64,000 nucleotides of DNA from Clostridium sp. 26_22 (lineage in GTDB: Bacteria > Bacillota > Clostridia > TANB77 > CAG-508): positions 1,631-65,630 of the forward strand of contig MNRP01000037.1 in NCBI GenBank assembly GCA_001916005.1, in the 5' to 3' direction. Shown in pieces: positions 63,794-64,000 of the stretch (positions within the stretch are counted from its first letter, which is position 1; each line of letters begins with the position of its first letter). The notes below the pieces were generated by a model, which made no database searches, was not told the origin of the DNA, and saw nothing but the letters and a program-made list of their open reading frames with translations. The position numbers were made by a program, and so were the translations under genes.

Positions 63794-63915
63794 AAAGAAC
63801 AGTAAGTCAAAATATAGTGTTTGAAGAAGCTATGTTTGACTTATTTTTTATATACTTTTAGCAATCAAGATGTTATAATTATTTTGAAATTAAATTAATG
63901 TTTAAGGAGATAACT

Positions 63916-64000
63916 ATGAATTTTTTTAATTTAGTAAAGCGAAGATATTCATGTAGAGATTTTTTAGAAAAAAAGATTGAAAAAGAAAAAATTGAGAAAA
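63916..64000 (+). CDS. nitroreductase-family protein, N-terminal fragment (continues right of window)
   Basis: AAGGAG RBS. The N-terminus is MNFFNLVKRRYSCRDFLEKKIEKEKIEK (R-R-x-S-x-R-x-F). Confidence 0.5.
   Translation, partial: MNFFNLVKRRYSCRDFLEKKIEKEKIEK

Noticed and set aside
1-64000. Scan for CRISPR arrays, rRNA genes, transposase or IS elements and prophage structural genes.
   Set aside because: No regularly spaced direct repeats, no rRNA-like sequence, no transposase motifs and no capsid, tail or terminase-like ORFs were seen. The only mobile DNA recognised is the tandem IME pair.

Overview
This is a 64-kb chromosomal window from a very A+T-rich Firmicutes genome. The gene content looks Clostridia-like: a HydABC-type [FeFe] hydrogenase, a class B sortase with an xPKTG substrate, and Spo0A-type domains. 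LEFT (1-23.2 kb): a WYL regulator; a DnaA-domain-III-only ATPase translationally coupled to an unknown gene; an FAD/Rieske oxidoreductase; three tandem DUF4190 paralogs; hydC-orf-hydB-hydA; a CYTH protein; accD-accA-fabI; a MYG1-like hydrolase; a surface protein plus sortase B; tRNA-Leu; a Nudix hydrolase; and a TM1266-type hydrogenase regulator. CENTRE (23.3-42.3 kb): tRNA-His and tRNA-Gln are followed by two related integrative mobilizable elements (about 10.0 and 8.8 kb). They are inserted in tandem into the 3' end of tRNA-Gln and are delimited by three copies of the 13-bp core CAGCCCAGCCAAC. Each element has int-xis at the end of a leftward XRE-led operon, a MobV relaxase with oriT-like inverted repeats, a Spo0A-C-domain-only protein, and secreted/membrane cargo. 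MOST UNUSUAL SIGNAL: in both elements a roughly 400-nt ORF-poor module lies between back-to-back divergent promoters and the Spo0A_C gene. It contains two promoter-like sites and hairpin terminators. Its long-range complementarities (a 9-nt loop-loop pair and a 14-16-nt duplex covering an SD-like GGAG plus AUG) co-vary between the two copies. This is a candidate same-strand sRNA/target pair or a pseudoknotted large RNA switch, and I cannot assign it to a known family. RIGHT (42.3-64 kb): a decayed YjbR/EVE-like gene; an esterase-exonuclease-patatin operon; a second patatin; hemolysin III; guanine deaminase; Ogt; a divergent S18 paralog in a G+C-richer islet; a CMD-cupin/MerR operon; an XRE-TM-BNR protein; larC; Fic; mntP; an HxlR pseudogene; a TetR-flavodoxin redox operon; and a DD-carboxypeptidase. 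All functional calls come from motif recognition by eye. No database search or folding program was available.
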